Shown piece by piece: positions 10,903-19,129 of a stretch of 64,000 nt of DNA. The notes beneath the pieces are model-generated. The model did not search any database. It was given only the letters and a program-made list of their open reading frames with translations, and was not told the DNA's origin. The DNA lies in the NCBI GenBank assembly GCA_016936175.1, contig JAFGPN010000004.1:5726-69725 (forward strand). Reading direction: 5' to 3'. Position numbers and translations under genes: made by a program. The DNA is from Patescibacteria group bacterium. Its GTDB lineage: Bacteria; Patescibacteriota; Kazan-3B-28; UBA10110. Every line of letters starts with the position of its first letter. Position 1 is the first letter of the stretch.

Positions 10903-10934
10903 TAAAAACTCCGCGGCCCAAAGCCGCGGAGTTT
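10903..10934 (-). terminator. intrinsic terminator
   Basis: The stem aactccgcgg / ccgcggagtt is followed by a T5 run on the minus strand. It lies directly after the stop of 10957-11352. Confidence 0.65.
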
Positions 10935-10956
10935 TATAGTTCCAATCAGAACTCGC

Positions 10957-11352
10957 TTAATAGACGTTAAAAGCCAGCCATAAGAAGAATACACCAAGCA
11001 GTGAGGCGATCAGCCCAAAGAGCATTGAGGTTGTGCCTGGATTATAGACCTTGGTAACCATAAACCTCACACTATTTGGGAACAGGATGATAAAGGCTCC
11101 CTTAACCAAACCGATCCAGCCCAGCAGAGGCACCACCCACATCCAGTTATCCGCCATCAGCCGATGCTCCGTACCCAGAATTATCACCGAGACGGCTACA
11201 GTAACAAATGAGAGGCTAAGCAGAGCGCCAGACGGCTTCTTCCCCAAACTATCCAGCATAGCGTGGATGTCCTTGCTGTTGAGCAAAAGCGGTACACCTA
11301 TCAAGATCATCCAGGCGGCGAACACTAACGCGATAATTGCAAAAAAGCTCAT
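10957..11352 (-). CDS. small integral membrane protein
   Basis: 131 aa with four hydrophobic helices. Confidence 0.5.
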   Translation of the reverse strand: MSFFAIIALVFAAWMILIGVPLLLNSKDIHAMLDSLGKKPSGALLSLSFVTVAVSVIILGTEHRLMADNWMWVVPLLGWIGLVKGAFIILFPNSVRFMVTKVYNPGTTSMLFGLIASLLGVFFLWLAFNVY

Positions 11353-11494
11353 AATATCCCTCCTTCTTTATTTCTATCATTATAACATCCGAATCCCCCA
11401 CTAATAAACCACTCTCAGATTGATTTTTACTACACAAAGTGTAGGATAGGAGCGAGTTAGGTAAGGTCGAAATCTGGGGGCGACTAATGCCTCC

Positions 11495-12517
11495 TTGACA
11501 TCACAGTCAAGCCCATCTTCTAAGGAGGTGAGCAAGGTGCTTTTTCACATCAACTCAGACGAGGCAAAACAGGCAATCGACAGGCTGTTTGAGTATCTTA
11601 TTGCTCACCCCGAGATTGACCAAGAACAGTTGGCGAACGCTTTCCAGACGAATGGCGAGCTAAGTGATATCTGCCGTGCAGTTTTCTGCCTGGTAGTGAT
11701 CGGCGATCACGACGGTCTGTTCAAAAGGCGAATAACCGATTCAGCCAAAATACTGGGTACTGCCTTACTTCCTCTGCTTGAACTAGTTGAACCGGTTGGG
11801 CTTATCGAAATCGAAGGTCTAATCGCCGACGTAGCCGATCCCGACAACCCATCAGGGTTACCCCTGTTAATCGCCGCTGTTAATTCTCCCAATGACTGCA
11901 TTCGCATTCACGCAGCCACCTACATCGGCATCTTCGGCGAAGCCGTTCTCGAGTTGATCGAAAAACTGGCGGAAGACCCCGATCCTGAAATGCAGGAGGC
12001 TGTCATTAACTCAGCCCAAAGTATCGGGGTATCAGCATTACCCCTACTCGAGCGGCTGGCTAACAATCTCGAGCTTGACGAAACAGTCAGCGACTTGGCT
12101 CGTGAGGCAATCAGTCACATTAACTGCTTGACTGAACTACAAGCGCGTCGAGAAAATTATTATCGCTCAGCCCAGAAGGAGGTGACTATGAGCAATAAGT
12201 ATCGTCGAACGGAAGGCGAAGACCCTCATCTGCCCGGGGAGCGTGTCGGAATTCAGGCCGCCACCATCTTTGTGCTGGTAATATTCGGCGGAATCGCGGC
12301 GATAGCGCTGGGGGACACTGTTCGTGATCCCGTCCTGTTGCTGGCATTGATAATCAGTGGCTGGCTCACCTGGATCTGTAGCGATATGGCCTGGAATCGG
12401 GGCACTCAAGGTCTGCGCGATGTTTGGTGGAAGGTGCTCATCGCTGGTGCCACCATCGGCGGCATCGCCACCATTTGGAGTGGCATTCTGTGCTGGTTGC
12501 ACGCAACCAGCAGATAA
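11495..12517 (+). CDS. HEAT-repeat protein with C-terminal TM helices
   Basis: 340 aa. Repeats of the type IRIHAATYIGIFGEAVLELIEKLAEDPDPEMQEAVINSA resemble HEAT/PBS-lyase repeats. The C-terminus has 3 TM segments. Confidence 0.5.
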   Translation: MTSQSSPSSKEVSKVLFHINSDEAKQAIDRLFEYLIAHPEIDQEQLANAFQTNGELSDICRAVFCLVVIGDHDGLFKRRITDSAKILGTALLPLLELVEPVGLIEIEGLIADVADPDNPSGLPLLIAAVNSPNDCIRIHAATYIGIFGEAVLELIEKLAEDPDPEMQEAVINSAQSIGVSALPLLERLANNLELDETVSDLAREAISHINCLTELQARRENYYRSAQKEVTMSNKYRRTEGEDPHLPGERVGIQAATIFVLVIFGGIAAIALGDTVRDPVLLLALIISGWLTWICSDMAWNRGTQGLRDVWWKVLIAGATIGGIATIWSGILCWLHATSR

Positions 12518-12538
12518 GATGTCAACCAAACCGAAACC

Positions 12539-12566
12539 AAACCTGCGGGAAACCGTAGGTTTTTTA
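12539..12566 (+). terminator. intrinsic terminator
   Basis: The hairpin aaacctgcgg-gaaa-ccgtaggttt is followed by a T-run. Confidence 0.7.
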
Positions 12567-12601
12567 TTGGAGAAATAGCAAAATCGATTATAAATCGCCC
12601 A

Positions 12602-12650
12602 TTGACGAGCTTTTATTACTAGAGTAATATTTAGATAGTTGTCTAAATAT
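12602..12650 (+). promoter_or_regulatory. sigma-70-type promoter with overlapping palindromic operator
   Basis: TTGACG (12602-12607), a 17-nt spacer, then TAATAT (12625-12630). The inverted repeat atatttagata..tgtctaaatat (12627-12650) overlaps the -10 box and lies upstream of the ArsR-family gene. Confidence 0.5.
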
Positions 12651-12666
12651 CTAAATACCTGTTTAA

Positions 12667-12936
12667 ATGGCTATCAAGGATGTCTCAGTCGCCTTTAAGG
12701 CCTTGTCGGACCCCATTCGCCGAGAGATCTTAAAAAAACTTAAAAAACGAGACTTAACTCCTTCTGAGCTGGGTCTTTACTTCCCTATCTCCGGCCCCTC
12801 CCTTTCTCACCACTTAAATATTCTTAAACAGGCTAACCTCATCTCCGCAGACAAACAGGGCCAAAAGATAGTTTACTCGCTCAACACCACCGTCTTCTAC
12901 GATATTATTAACAATTTTTTAGAAGGATTTAAATAA
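12667..12936 (+). CDS. ArsR/SdpR-family winged-helix transcriptional repressor
   Basis: 89 aa. LSDPIRREILKKL...LTPSELGLYFPISGPSLSHHLNILKQANLI is the classic ArsR HTH. Confidence 0.8.
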   Translation: MAIKDVSVAFKALSDPIRREILKKLKKRDLTPSELGLYFPISGPSLSHHLNILKQANLISADKQGQKIVYSLNTTVFYDIINNFLEGFK

Positions 12937-13351
12937 CTTGTCCCCGGGTTTAACCCGGGGACCCAGCAAAAACAAGAAAATGGCTGGCTATCTCTACATC
13001 CTTTCCAATCAGAAGAATGGCACATTATACATTGGCGCCACCTCCGATCTTCAAAAAAGAATTTGGGAACACAAAAACAAATTTGTTCCAGGGTTCAGTA
13101 ACCAATATAAATTATTCAAACTGGTCTACTACGAACAATTCGAAGACGTGCTATCAGCCAGAGCTCGCGAACGAACACTAAAGAAATGGAATCGTGATTG
13201 GAAAATAAAACTTATAGAAACACAGAATCCAAACTGGAAAGATCTATATCAATCAATTATTTAATTCTTTCTCGCCTTCGGGCTAGACCCGGAGGCCCAG
13301 AAAAAATAATTTATTTGCTGTCTGGGTCCCCGGATTAAATCCGAGGACAAG
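12937..13351 (+). mobile_element. GIY-YIG gene cassette bracketed by 30-nt palindromic units in inverted orientation
   Basis: The left unit cttgtccccgggtttaacccggggacccag (12937-12966) matches the reverse complement of the right unit (13322-13351) at 27 of 30 nt. A third, related unit lies at 13271-13300. Confidence 0.45.
12980..13264 (+). CDS. GIY-YIG nuclease family protein (small, stand-alone)
   Basis: MAGYLYILSNQKNGTLYIGATSDLQKRIWEH...ARERTLKKW shows GIY...YIG plus a conserved R/E pattern. The start was moved to ATG 12980. Confidence 0.75.
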   Translation: MAGYLYILSNQKNGTLYIGATSDLQKRIWEHKNKFVPGFSNQYKLFKLVYYEQFEDVLSARARERTLKKWNRDWKIKLIETQNPNWKDLYQSII

Positions 13352-13373
13352 GCAAAAGAAGAAAGGAGATGCT

Positions 13374-14033
13374 ATGCGCAAAATTCAATTTACATTCAAA
13401 ACCGAATGGCTATCAGTCCTACTAATTATCGCAGTTATTATCGCCGCCATCTGGGTTTATCCCCTACTCCCCGCCAAGGTCCCCTCGCACTGGGGAATTA
13501 ATGGACAGGTTGACGGTTGGACATCGCCTGTGGGGCATGTATTGATGTTCCCTGGGATGATGGTAGGAATGTATCTGTTGTTTTTGGCCTTACCGCACAT
13601 AGAGCCACGGCGTCAGCATTTTATTGAATCGTGGGGGTTCTATCAGATGATTCGCAACTTTATGATGGTGTTTTTAGCGGCCATGTATGGCTTAACCAGC
13701 TACGCCGGTATCACCAATAATCCAATCGCTGTCGATAAAATTGTTCCAATCGCCGTTGGTGTTCTCTTCCTGTTCATCGGCAACTACCTCACCCAAGTAA
13801 AATCCAATTTTTTCATGGGCATCCGCACTCCTTGGGCACTCTCATCCGAAGAAAACTGGAAAAAGACACATCGCTTAGGTGCTTACACCTTTGCCCTGGG
13901 CGGGGTATTATTTCTGACTACCCCCTGGCTTCCCGTGCCCTTCAACTTTTATGTTCCAATGGTCGGTGTTTTTGGCGCCGCCTTTTTACCTATCCTGATG
14001 TCCTTTGTCTGGTTTAGGCAAGGCAACAAATAA
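13374..14033 (+). CDS. SdpI/YhfL-family membrane protein (DUF1648-type N-terminus)
   Basis: 219 aa. It has PSHWGINGQVDGW near the N-terminus, then multiple TM helices and GIRTPWAL. An RBS aaaggag precedes the ATG. Confidence 0.65.
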   Translation: MRKIQFTFKTEWLSVLLIIAVIIAAIWVYPLLPAKVPSHWGINGQVDGWTSPVGHVLMFPGMMVGMYLLFLALPHIEPRRQHFIESWGFYQMIRNFMMVFLAAMYGLTSYAGITNNPIAVDKIVPIAVGVLFLFIGNYLTQVKSNFFMGIRTPWALSSEENWKKTHRLGAYTFALGGVLFLTTPWLPVPFNFYVPMVGVFGAAFLPILMSFVWFRQGNK

Positions 14034-14034
14034 A

Positions 14035-14118
14035 ACTCCCCCGCCATCGGAGGAGGAACGTCCTCGACTGGCGGCCGGTTTGGGGCCACCCGTTTGCCGG
14101 GACAAATGGGTGGTGAAA
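14035..14118 (+). repeat. structured intergenic element, short variant (copy D)
   Basis: ccgcca...tggcgg helix followed by the family 3' hairpin gccacccgtttg-ccggga-caaatgggtgg, as in copies A, B, C and E. Confidence 0.7.
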
Positions 14119-14184
14119 AGAATAACAGATTAAAATCCTGAAACAAGTTCGGGATGACAACGGTGTTTTGTAGGGGAACTTCCA

Positions 14185-15132
14185 CTAAGTGACAGTCAGA
14201 GCAAAACACTCTCGCCCAACCCCGTGATAAAAGCGCTGAACGACACTGGACGGTTCGCTGATCTCCTCACGGTAGATCTTGCTTTCATCGCTATCTTTAG
14301 AGAGTACCGTATCAAAAGTAGCGCACAGCTCATATGTCTTGGCCCCTGTCACCTTATATTCGAACCTTTCTTTGGTTTCCGGATCGATCAGGCCATCGGG
14401 GGCAACAAAAATATTTACATCAGTGATTAGTTGATCCAGATTGACTGGTAGTTTTTGGTGGCCAACTTCACCTTTAAAGCCATAGTACTGTTGAATGGCT
14501 TCCTGGATACCGTTGAGCCTTTCCACCCGAGAAGCATCCAGATTCTCCGCCCGCCGCTCGGCTGGGCTACCGATGATAAAGAAGCTGCCAATTACTGCCC
14601 CAGCCGCCGCGATAAAAACAATCCACTCAAACAGCCGGAATCCCGCTCCGATCCTCGGTGACTCCTTACTAAAATGTCTTAGATGCCACCATTGATATCC
14701 CAGCACCGTCGCGGCGATGGCCAAAGTGATAAGCGTATGAATAATAAATCGCGCCACCAGTGTGCCATTCATCAAGCCCATAAATAGCTGGATGATCTGC
14801 CAGATAATAATCAATATCACGACCACCATCGTGATGTACAGCAGCCAGTTTCTGACCCCAGAATCGGGCTTCATCTTACCCACCTTTAATAACCGATTGG
14901 CCACCAAATTAAGATAGGCAAAGATCGGAAAGGCAATCAATACAGCGGCCATAAAACCGATGACCGCTTCGTCATTCAACATCATCCCTACATTCGGAAG
15001 CGCATCCGGCACAAACTTATTTACGATCGCCTTGAGCAAGAAGTTCAAACCCAAACTGCTGATCAGTAGCGTAGCGTAACTCAAAAGATACACGAACCCG
15101 TCCCGCGCGTAATTGTATTTGCCTTCGCTCAT
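14185..15132 (-). CDS. integral membrane protein with extracytoplasmic C-terminal domain
   Basis: 315 aa with about 6 TM helices followed by a soluble C-terminal domain. No firm family. Confidence 0.55.
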   Translation of the reverse strand: MSEGKYNYARDGFVYLLSYATLLISSLGLNFLLKAIVNKFVPDALPNVGMMLNDEAVIGFMAAVLIAFPIFAYLNLVANRLLKVGKMKPDSGVRNWLLYITMVVVILIIIWQIIQLFMGLMNGTLVARFIIHTLITLAIAATVLGYQWWHLRHFSKESPRIGAGFRLFEWIVFIAAAGAVIGSFFIIGSPAERRAENLDASRVERLNGIQEAIQQYYGFKGEVGHQKLPVNLDQLITDVNIFVAPDGLIDPETKERFEYKVTGAKTYELCATFDTVLSKDSDESKIYREEISEPSSVVQRFYHGVGRECFALTVT

Positions 15133-15155
15133 GTCTTAATTATACACTGAGATAC

Positions 15156-15572
15156 CTACCACTCAGAAGCCAAGGAAAGTAGCTCGTTTTGAATACTACG
15201 GAAAAAATCCTGGTCTTCTTTATATGTCAGCTTCTCTGCCACCTGAGCAATCGGTACCCATCTGCACTTCAGTATCTCCATGCTCGGTGTTAAGGGCTGA
15301 TTGGCGGCCCGAAACAAAAAATAGTAGATGGTCATAAATTTGTTCTTATCCCCAGACATTCGGGAATAAGATGGATAAGATTTAACATAGTTCAGATTAT
15401 CTGGCTCTATCCCCGCCTCCTCGCCGATTTCTCTAAGGGCGGCCTCGAGATACTCTTCTCCCGGTTCTACCGTGCCTTTGGGCAGTTGCCAACTGTGGGT
15501 ATGAGTAAAAACGAGGACGACCTCGCCCACCTCGTTAACGATTACCCCACCGGCTGATTCTTTTTTAGTCAT
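15156..15572 (-). CDS. NUDIX hydrolase
   Basis: Nudix box GTVEPGEEYLEAALREIGEEAGI. The start was moved to ATG 15572, giving an 8-nt overlap with the cysS stop. Confidence 0.8.
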   Translation of the reverse strand: MTKKESAGGVIVNEVGEVVLVFTHTHSWQLPKGTVEPGEEYLEAALREIGEEAGIEPDNLNYVKSYPSYSRMSGDKNKFMTIYYFLFRAANQPLTPSMEILKCRWVPIAQVAEKLTYKEDQDFFRSIQNELLSLASEW

Positions 15573-17022
15573 TGGTCGATATCCTTGGCCCCCGATTGGT
15601 ATCCTCCACCACAAAACCCAGCTTAGCTATTCTATCGCGCAGTTTATCTGATCTTTGCCAATCTTTGGCCTTCCGAGCCTTTTCTCGCTCTGATACCAGC
15701 TTTTTTACTTCCGCCGGAATCGCTGACGGCTTGTGGTCTTTTAACCCCAATCCTAAAACTTTATCAAAATCCAGCAAAGTTGCCTGTTTGTCCGACAACG
15801 ATTTTTTCGATTTTAACAGTTCCCAAACTACCGTCATTGCCTTTGGCATATTCAAATCATCATTTATCGCCGCCAAAAATCTTTTCTTATATGTCGTGTC
15901 CACTTTCCCTTTGTCATTCCCGCGCCATTCGGCCTCGAGCTCATGGCCGAGAGGAAGGCGGGAATCCATTTTTGTTTTCTGGCTGGATCTCCGGGTCAAG
16001 CCCGAGGATGATGGGAGGGACACAGCAAATACTGCTCGTAATTTATTCAATGAATTCTGTGCGCCTACCAGCGCTGACTTAGAAAAACCTAACTTTTGTC
16101 GATAGTGACCAGAAATCGCCAAATACCGGAATACCATTGGTTCGATTCCCTGCCCCGCTAAATCAGTTAGGGTGTAGAAATTGCCGGCACTCTTGGCCAT
16201 CTTGGCACCATTCACTACCATAAACGCATTGTGGAACCAATAATGCGCTAACGGCTTACCGTACGCCGCCTCGCTTTGAGCAATCTCATTGTTGTGATGA
16301 GTGGCGATGTGATCTTCACCACCCGTATGAATATCAAACGGCTGGCCCAGCTCTTTGGTAGAAATTGCCGAACACTCAATGTGCCAACCCGGATATCCCA
16401 CTCCCCAAGGAGATTTCCACTCCTGTTGCCGTTTTTGCATCCCGGAGAACTTCCATAAAGCAAAGTCGGTTTCTCGTTTCTTATATGGACTGTGCCATAC
16501 TCGCGCCTTACCGGCACCCACTCCACCTAGTCTGCCATAGTTTTTAAATTTGGCCGTATCAAAATAGATTCCATCGGAAGTTTTGTAGGTATAGCCTCTT
16601 TTTTCCAGCTGCTTAATTAATTCGATCTGTTCTTTAATATATTTGCTGGCCCACGCAAATTTATTTGGTAACTCAATGTTTAAAGCTTTTAAATCTCTAA
16701 TGAATTGTTCAGTATAAAATTTGGTAATCTCTTTCGCAGTTTTGCCAGTTTTCTTCGCTTCGCGCTCAATCTTGTCTTCGCCAGTATCGGCATCCGAGGT
16801 TAAATGGCCAACATCGGTGATATTCATCACCTGACGAACTTTGTATCCGTTGTATCCCAACACTCGCCGCAAGATGTCTTCCGCTAAATATGCCCGCAGA
16901 TTGCCGATATGCGCATACTGATAAACAGTTGGTCCGCAGGTATATACAGAAACCTGACCGCGTTTTATCGGTTTAAACTCCTGTTTCTTCCGCCCCAATG
17001 TGTTGAAAAGTTTTAATCCCAT
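15565..17022 (-). CDS. cysS: cysteine--tRNA ligase, carrying an in-frame repeat insertion
   Basis: 485 aa with HIGN, a KMAKS loop and a DALR-like C-terminus. See the repeat at 15913-16013. Confidence 0.92.
   Translation of the reverse strand: MGLKLFNTLGRKKQEFKPIKRGQVSVYTCGPTVYQYAHIGNLRAYLAEDILRRVLGYNGYKVRQVMNITDVGHLTSDADTGEDKIEREAKKTGKTAKEITKFYTEQFIRDLKALNIELPNKFAWASKYIKEQIELIKQLEKRGYTYKTSDGIYFDTAKFKNYGRLGGVGAGKARVWHSPYKKRETDFALWKFSGMQKRQQEWKSPWGVGYPGWHIECSAISTKELGQPFDIHTGGEDHIATHHNNEIAQSEAAYGKPLAHYWFHNAFMVVNGAKMAKSAGNFYTLTDLAGQGIEPMVFRYLAISGHYRQKLGFSKSALVGAQNSLNKLRAVFAVSLPSSSGLTRRSSQKTKMDSRLPLGHELEAEWRGNDKGKVDTTYKKRFLAAINDDLNMPKAMTVVWELLKSKKSLSDKQATLLDFDKVLGLGLKDHKPSAIPAEVKKLVSEREKARKAKDWQRSDKLRDRIAKLGFVVEDTNRGPRISTND
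15913..16013 (+). repeat. two-unit palindromic element inserted in-frame in cysS
   Basis: Positions 15913-15966 are identical over 54 nt to the intergenic copy at 17034-17087. They are followed by a second hairpin unit (ggatctccgggtcaagcccgaggat). The element encodes ...SSGLTRRSSQKTKMDSRLPLGHELEAEWRGND... Confidence 0.85.
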
Positions 17023-17033
17023 ATTTTTCTCTC

Positions 17034-17160
17034 GTCATTCCCGCGCCATTCGGCCTCGAGCTCATGGCCGAGAGGAAGGCGGGAATCTAGAAAACAAAAT
17101 GATTTTTATTTTTTTATCTGGATCCCCGATGTCGAGTCGCTCTGCGCTCGGCTCGAGGAC
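17034..17160 (+). repeat. two-unit palindromic element, intergenic copy upstream of cysS
   Basis: The 54-nt unit gtcattcccgcgccattcggcctcgagctcatggccgagaggaaggcgggaatc is followed by an AT-rich spacer and then a ctggatcccc... hairpin unit. Confidence 0.85.
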
Positions 17161-17194
17161 AACTATTGCATCACTGGATACAATAGTTGGCTTA

Positions 17195-18100
17195 TTAAGT
17201 GGCACTTAAGTGAGGTTTAAATGATTTAACCTGATAATCAACCAAGTAGGCGCCAATCAACACTCCAAACCCACCTAATATATTATGCAGGGTTAACTGC
17301 TCGCCCAAAAACACAACGGCCAAGATAGCGATCTGAAACAGCATCGTATTTTGGAATATAGCGGCCTCCAGCGCCTGTAATTTGTCTAAGCAAGAGCTCC
17401 ACATCATCCCGGCAAAACCAAAGATAATACCAGTTACTAACACCGAAAGTCCAATCTGCCACTGACCTAAAACTGCAATATCCCCACCGCTCAAAAGCCC
17501 GATTGGCAGTAACACAGCCAGACCGATCCCGTTAGTAATCAGAGAGGTGGAGATGGTCTCGTCACCCGGCCTCCGCATAACAAACCTGGTCATTACCGTA
17601 TTAAGAGCGTAACTGGCCTCGGACGCCAATAACATTAACATGCCAAACATGGAACCACCAGTTACTTCGCCACCCAAAAATATATAAACGCTTATGCCAG
17701 CTACCAATACTCCAAACAACTGTTGAACCCTGGGACGTTCTTTTAAAATAATTGCCCCCAACACCATTACTAGCACCGAGCTCATCCCGGCAAACAAACC
17801 AGCCGTAGCACCGGTAACATATTTTAGCCCCATCACCGCAAACAGTGGCGCCGCTACATACCCCATCAATCCAACCAATACTAACGCTCGAATCTCGTAA
17901 GTTTTAAAGTTCCACTTTACCTTCTGACGATGGATAAGATAGTAGGTTAGAACGGACAAAAACGAGACAACCTGAATACTTGCGATTAGCACCATCGGCG
18001 AAACCAGCCCCAATCCCAATTTGATAATGATTTTAGAAGCCGACCACAAAAAAGTAACAAACAAAGCCTGGACTAACCAAATGGATCGCGTAGACTTCAT
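17195..18100 (-). CDS. EamA/DMT-family transporter
   Basis: 301 aa with 10 predicted TM helices in two EamA-like halves. Confidence 0.7.
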   Translation of the reverse strand: MKSTRSIWLVQALFVTFLWSASKIIIKLGLGLVSPMVLIASIQVVSFLSVLTYYLIHRQKVKWNFKTYEIRALVLVGLMGYVAAPLFAVMGLKYVTGATAGLFAGMSSVLVMVLGAIILKERPRVQQLFGVLVAGISVYIFLGGEVTGGSMFGMLMLLASEASYALNTVMTRFVMRRPGDETISTSLITNGIGLAVLLPIGLLSGGDIAVLGQWQIGLSVLVTGIIFGFAGMMWSSCLDKLQALEAAIFQNTMLFQIAILAVVFLGEQLTLHNILGGFGVLIGAYLVDYQVKSFKPHLSAT

Positions 18101-18699
18101 GTCGATCTCCTCCCCTCTAAGGCGCGAGCTAAGGTTACTTCATCAGCATATTCTAAATCACCACCCTGCGGCAAACCCGAAGCGATGCGAGTGACCTTAA
18201 CTTTGGTAGATGCAATAATTTTTTGCACGTACATCGCCGTGGCCTCGCCTTCGACATTGTGATTAGTGGCGATAATCACCTCTGTAAAACCGTCGGCTTG
18301 GATTCGCTGGGGCAGATCGGCCAACTGTAAACTATCGGCGCTAATTCCATCCAGTGGAGATAATCTTCCGCCCAACACATGATATTTACCGTTAAAACTA
18401 CGTGACCTCTCGATCGCCAATACATCTAACGGCTCTTCTACTACGCAGAGAGTCGTGCTATCGCGCTGTGGGTCAGCACAGATACTACATGGATTGCTAT
18501 CGGACACATTGTGGCAAGCATCGCAATAAACCAGGCTGGATTTTAACTCTAATAACGCTTCCCCTAACGCCGTGACATCGTTCCCGGGGTTACGAATCAA
18601 ATAAAAAGCTAGCCGGGAGGCCGTTTTGGGCCCAATCCCCGGCAACCGACTAAGTTCTGTAATCAGGCGTGATACCGATTTTGGTAGTGTGTACATCAA
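18097..18699 (-). CDS. recR: recombination protein RecR
   Basis: 200 aa with the HhH motif LPGIGPKTASRLAF, a C4 zinc finger (CDACHNV...CSIC) and a Toprim domain. Confidence 0.92.
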   Translation of the reverse strand: MMYTLPKSVSRLITELSRLPGIGPKTASRLAFYLIRNPGNDVTALGEALLELKSSLVYCDACHNVSDSNPCSICADPQRDSTTLCVVEEPLDVLAIERSRSFNGKYHVLGGRLSPLDGISADSLQLADLPQRIQADGFTEVIIATNHNVEGEATAMYVQKIIASTKVKVTRIASGLPQGGDLEYADEVTLARALEGRRST

Positions 18700-18827
18700 A
18701 TAAAAATGTCTAACGACAAATTTCTAATGCTTAAATGAATCCCAATACCCAAATCCTGATAGCCTTAGACATTGGAGTTTGGTCATTATTTAGAAATTAG
18801 ATATTGGGAATTAGAAATTGAGTTAAG

Positions 18828-19127
18828 TTACAGTCCCGGGATGCCTAAGCCCCCCATTACTTCTTTGGTCTTTTGGGCCGCCGATTGCTGGGCTCTTTTA
18901 CTAGCCGCCGCAAAAGCTTGGGTTAAAAATTTAATTAAACTATCTTTTTCGGCTGGATCAAGCAAACTATCATCGATATCAATCGAAACAATTTTTTGTT
19001 CACCATCTACCACTACTTTTACCTTGCCACCTAGCTCAACCCCTTCAAACTGCAGTCCACGCAACTCTTGTTGCAACTTTTTAGCTTTGCCTTGCAACTC
19101 CCACATTTTTTTAGCTTTGTCGAACAT
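18828..19127 (-). CDS. ybaB: YbaB/EbfC nucleoid-associated protein
   Basis: 99 aa beginning MFDKAKKMWELQGKAKKLQQEL. It is adjacent to recR, which is the conserved gene pair. Confidence 0.85.
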   Translation of the reverse strand: MFDKAKKMWELQGKAKKLQQELRGLQFEGVELGGKVKVVVDGEQKIVSIDIDDSLLDPAEKDSLIKFLTQAFAAASKRAQQSAAQKTKEVMGGLGIPGL

Positions 19128-19129
19128 GA

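Noticed and set aside
14060-14100. ZTP (pfl) riboswitch, suggested by the GACTGGCGG string in copies D and E
   Set aside because: The CCGCCUGGGC-type 3' subdomain and the P1/P2 architecture are absent. The string is explained by the ccgcca/tggcgg helix of the repeat, and the downstream context is not purine or folate genes.
16139-16149. T-loop-like ggttcgattcc suggesting a tRNA
   Set aside because: No acceptor, D or anticodon arms can be drawn, and the string lies inside the cysS coding sequence.
15780-17209. Plus-strand ORFs 15780-16082 and 17000-17209, which share the peptide SRAIRPRAHGREEGGN
   Set aside because: The shared peptide is simply the 54-nt repeat unit translated. One ORF is antisense to cysS and the other is intergenic repeat DNA.
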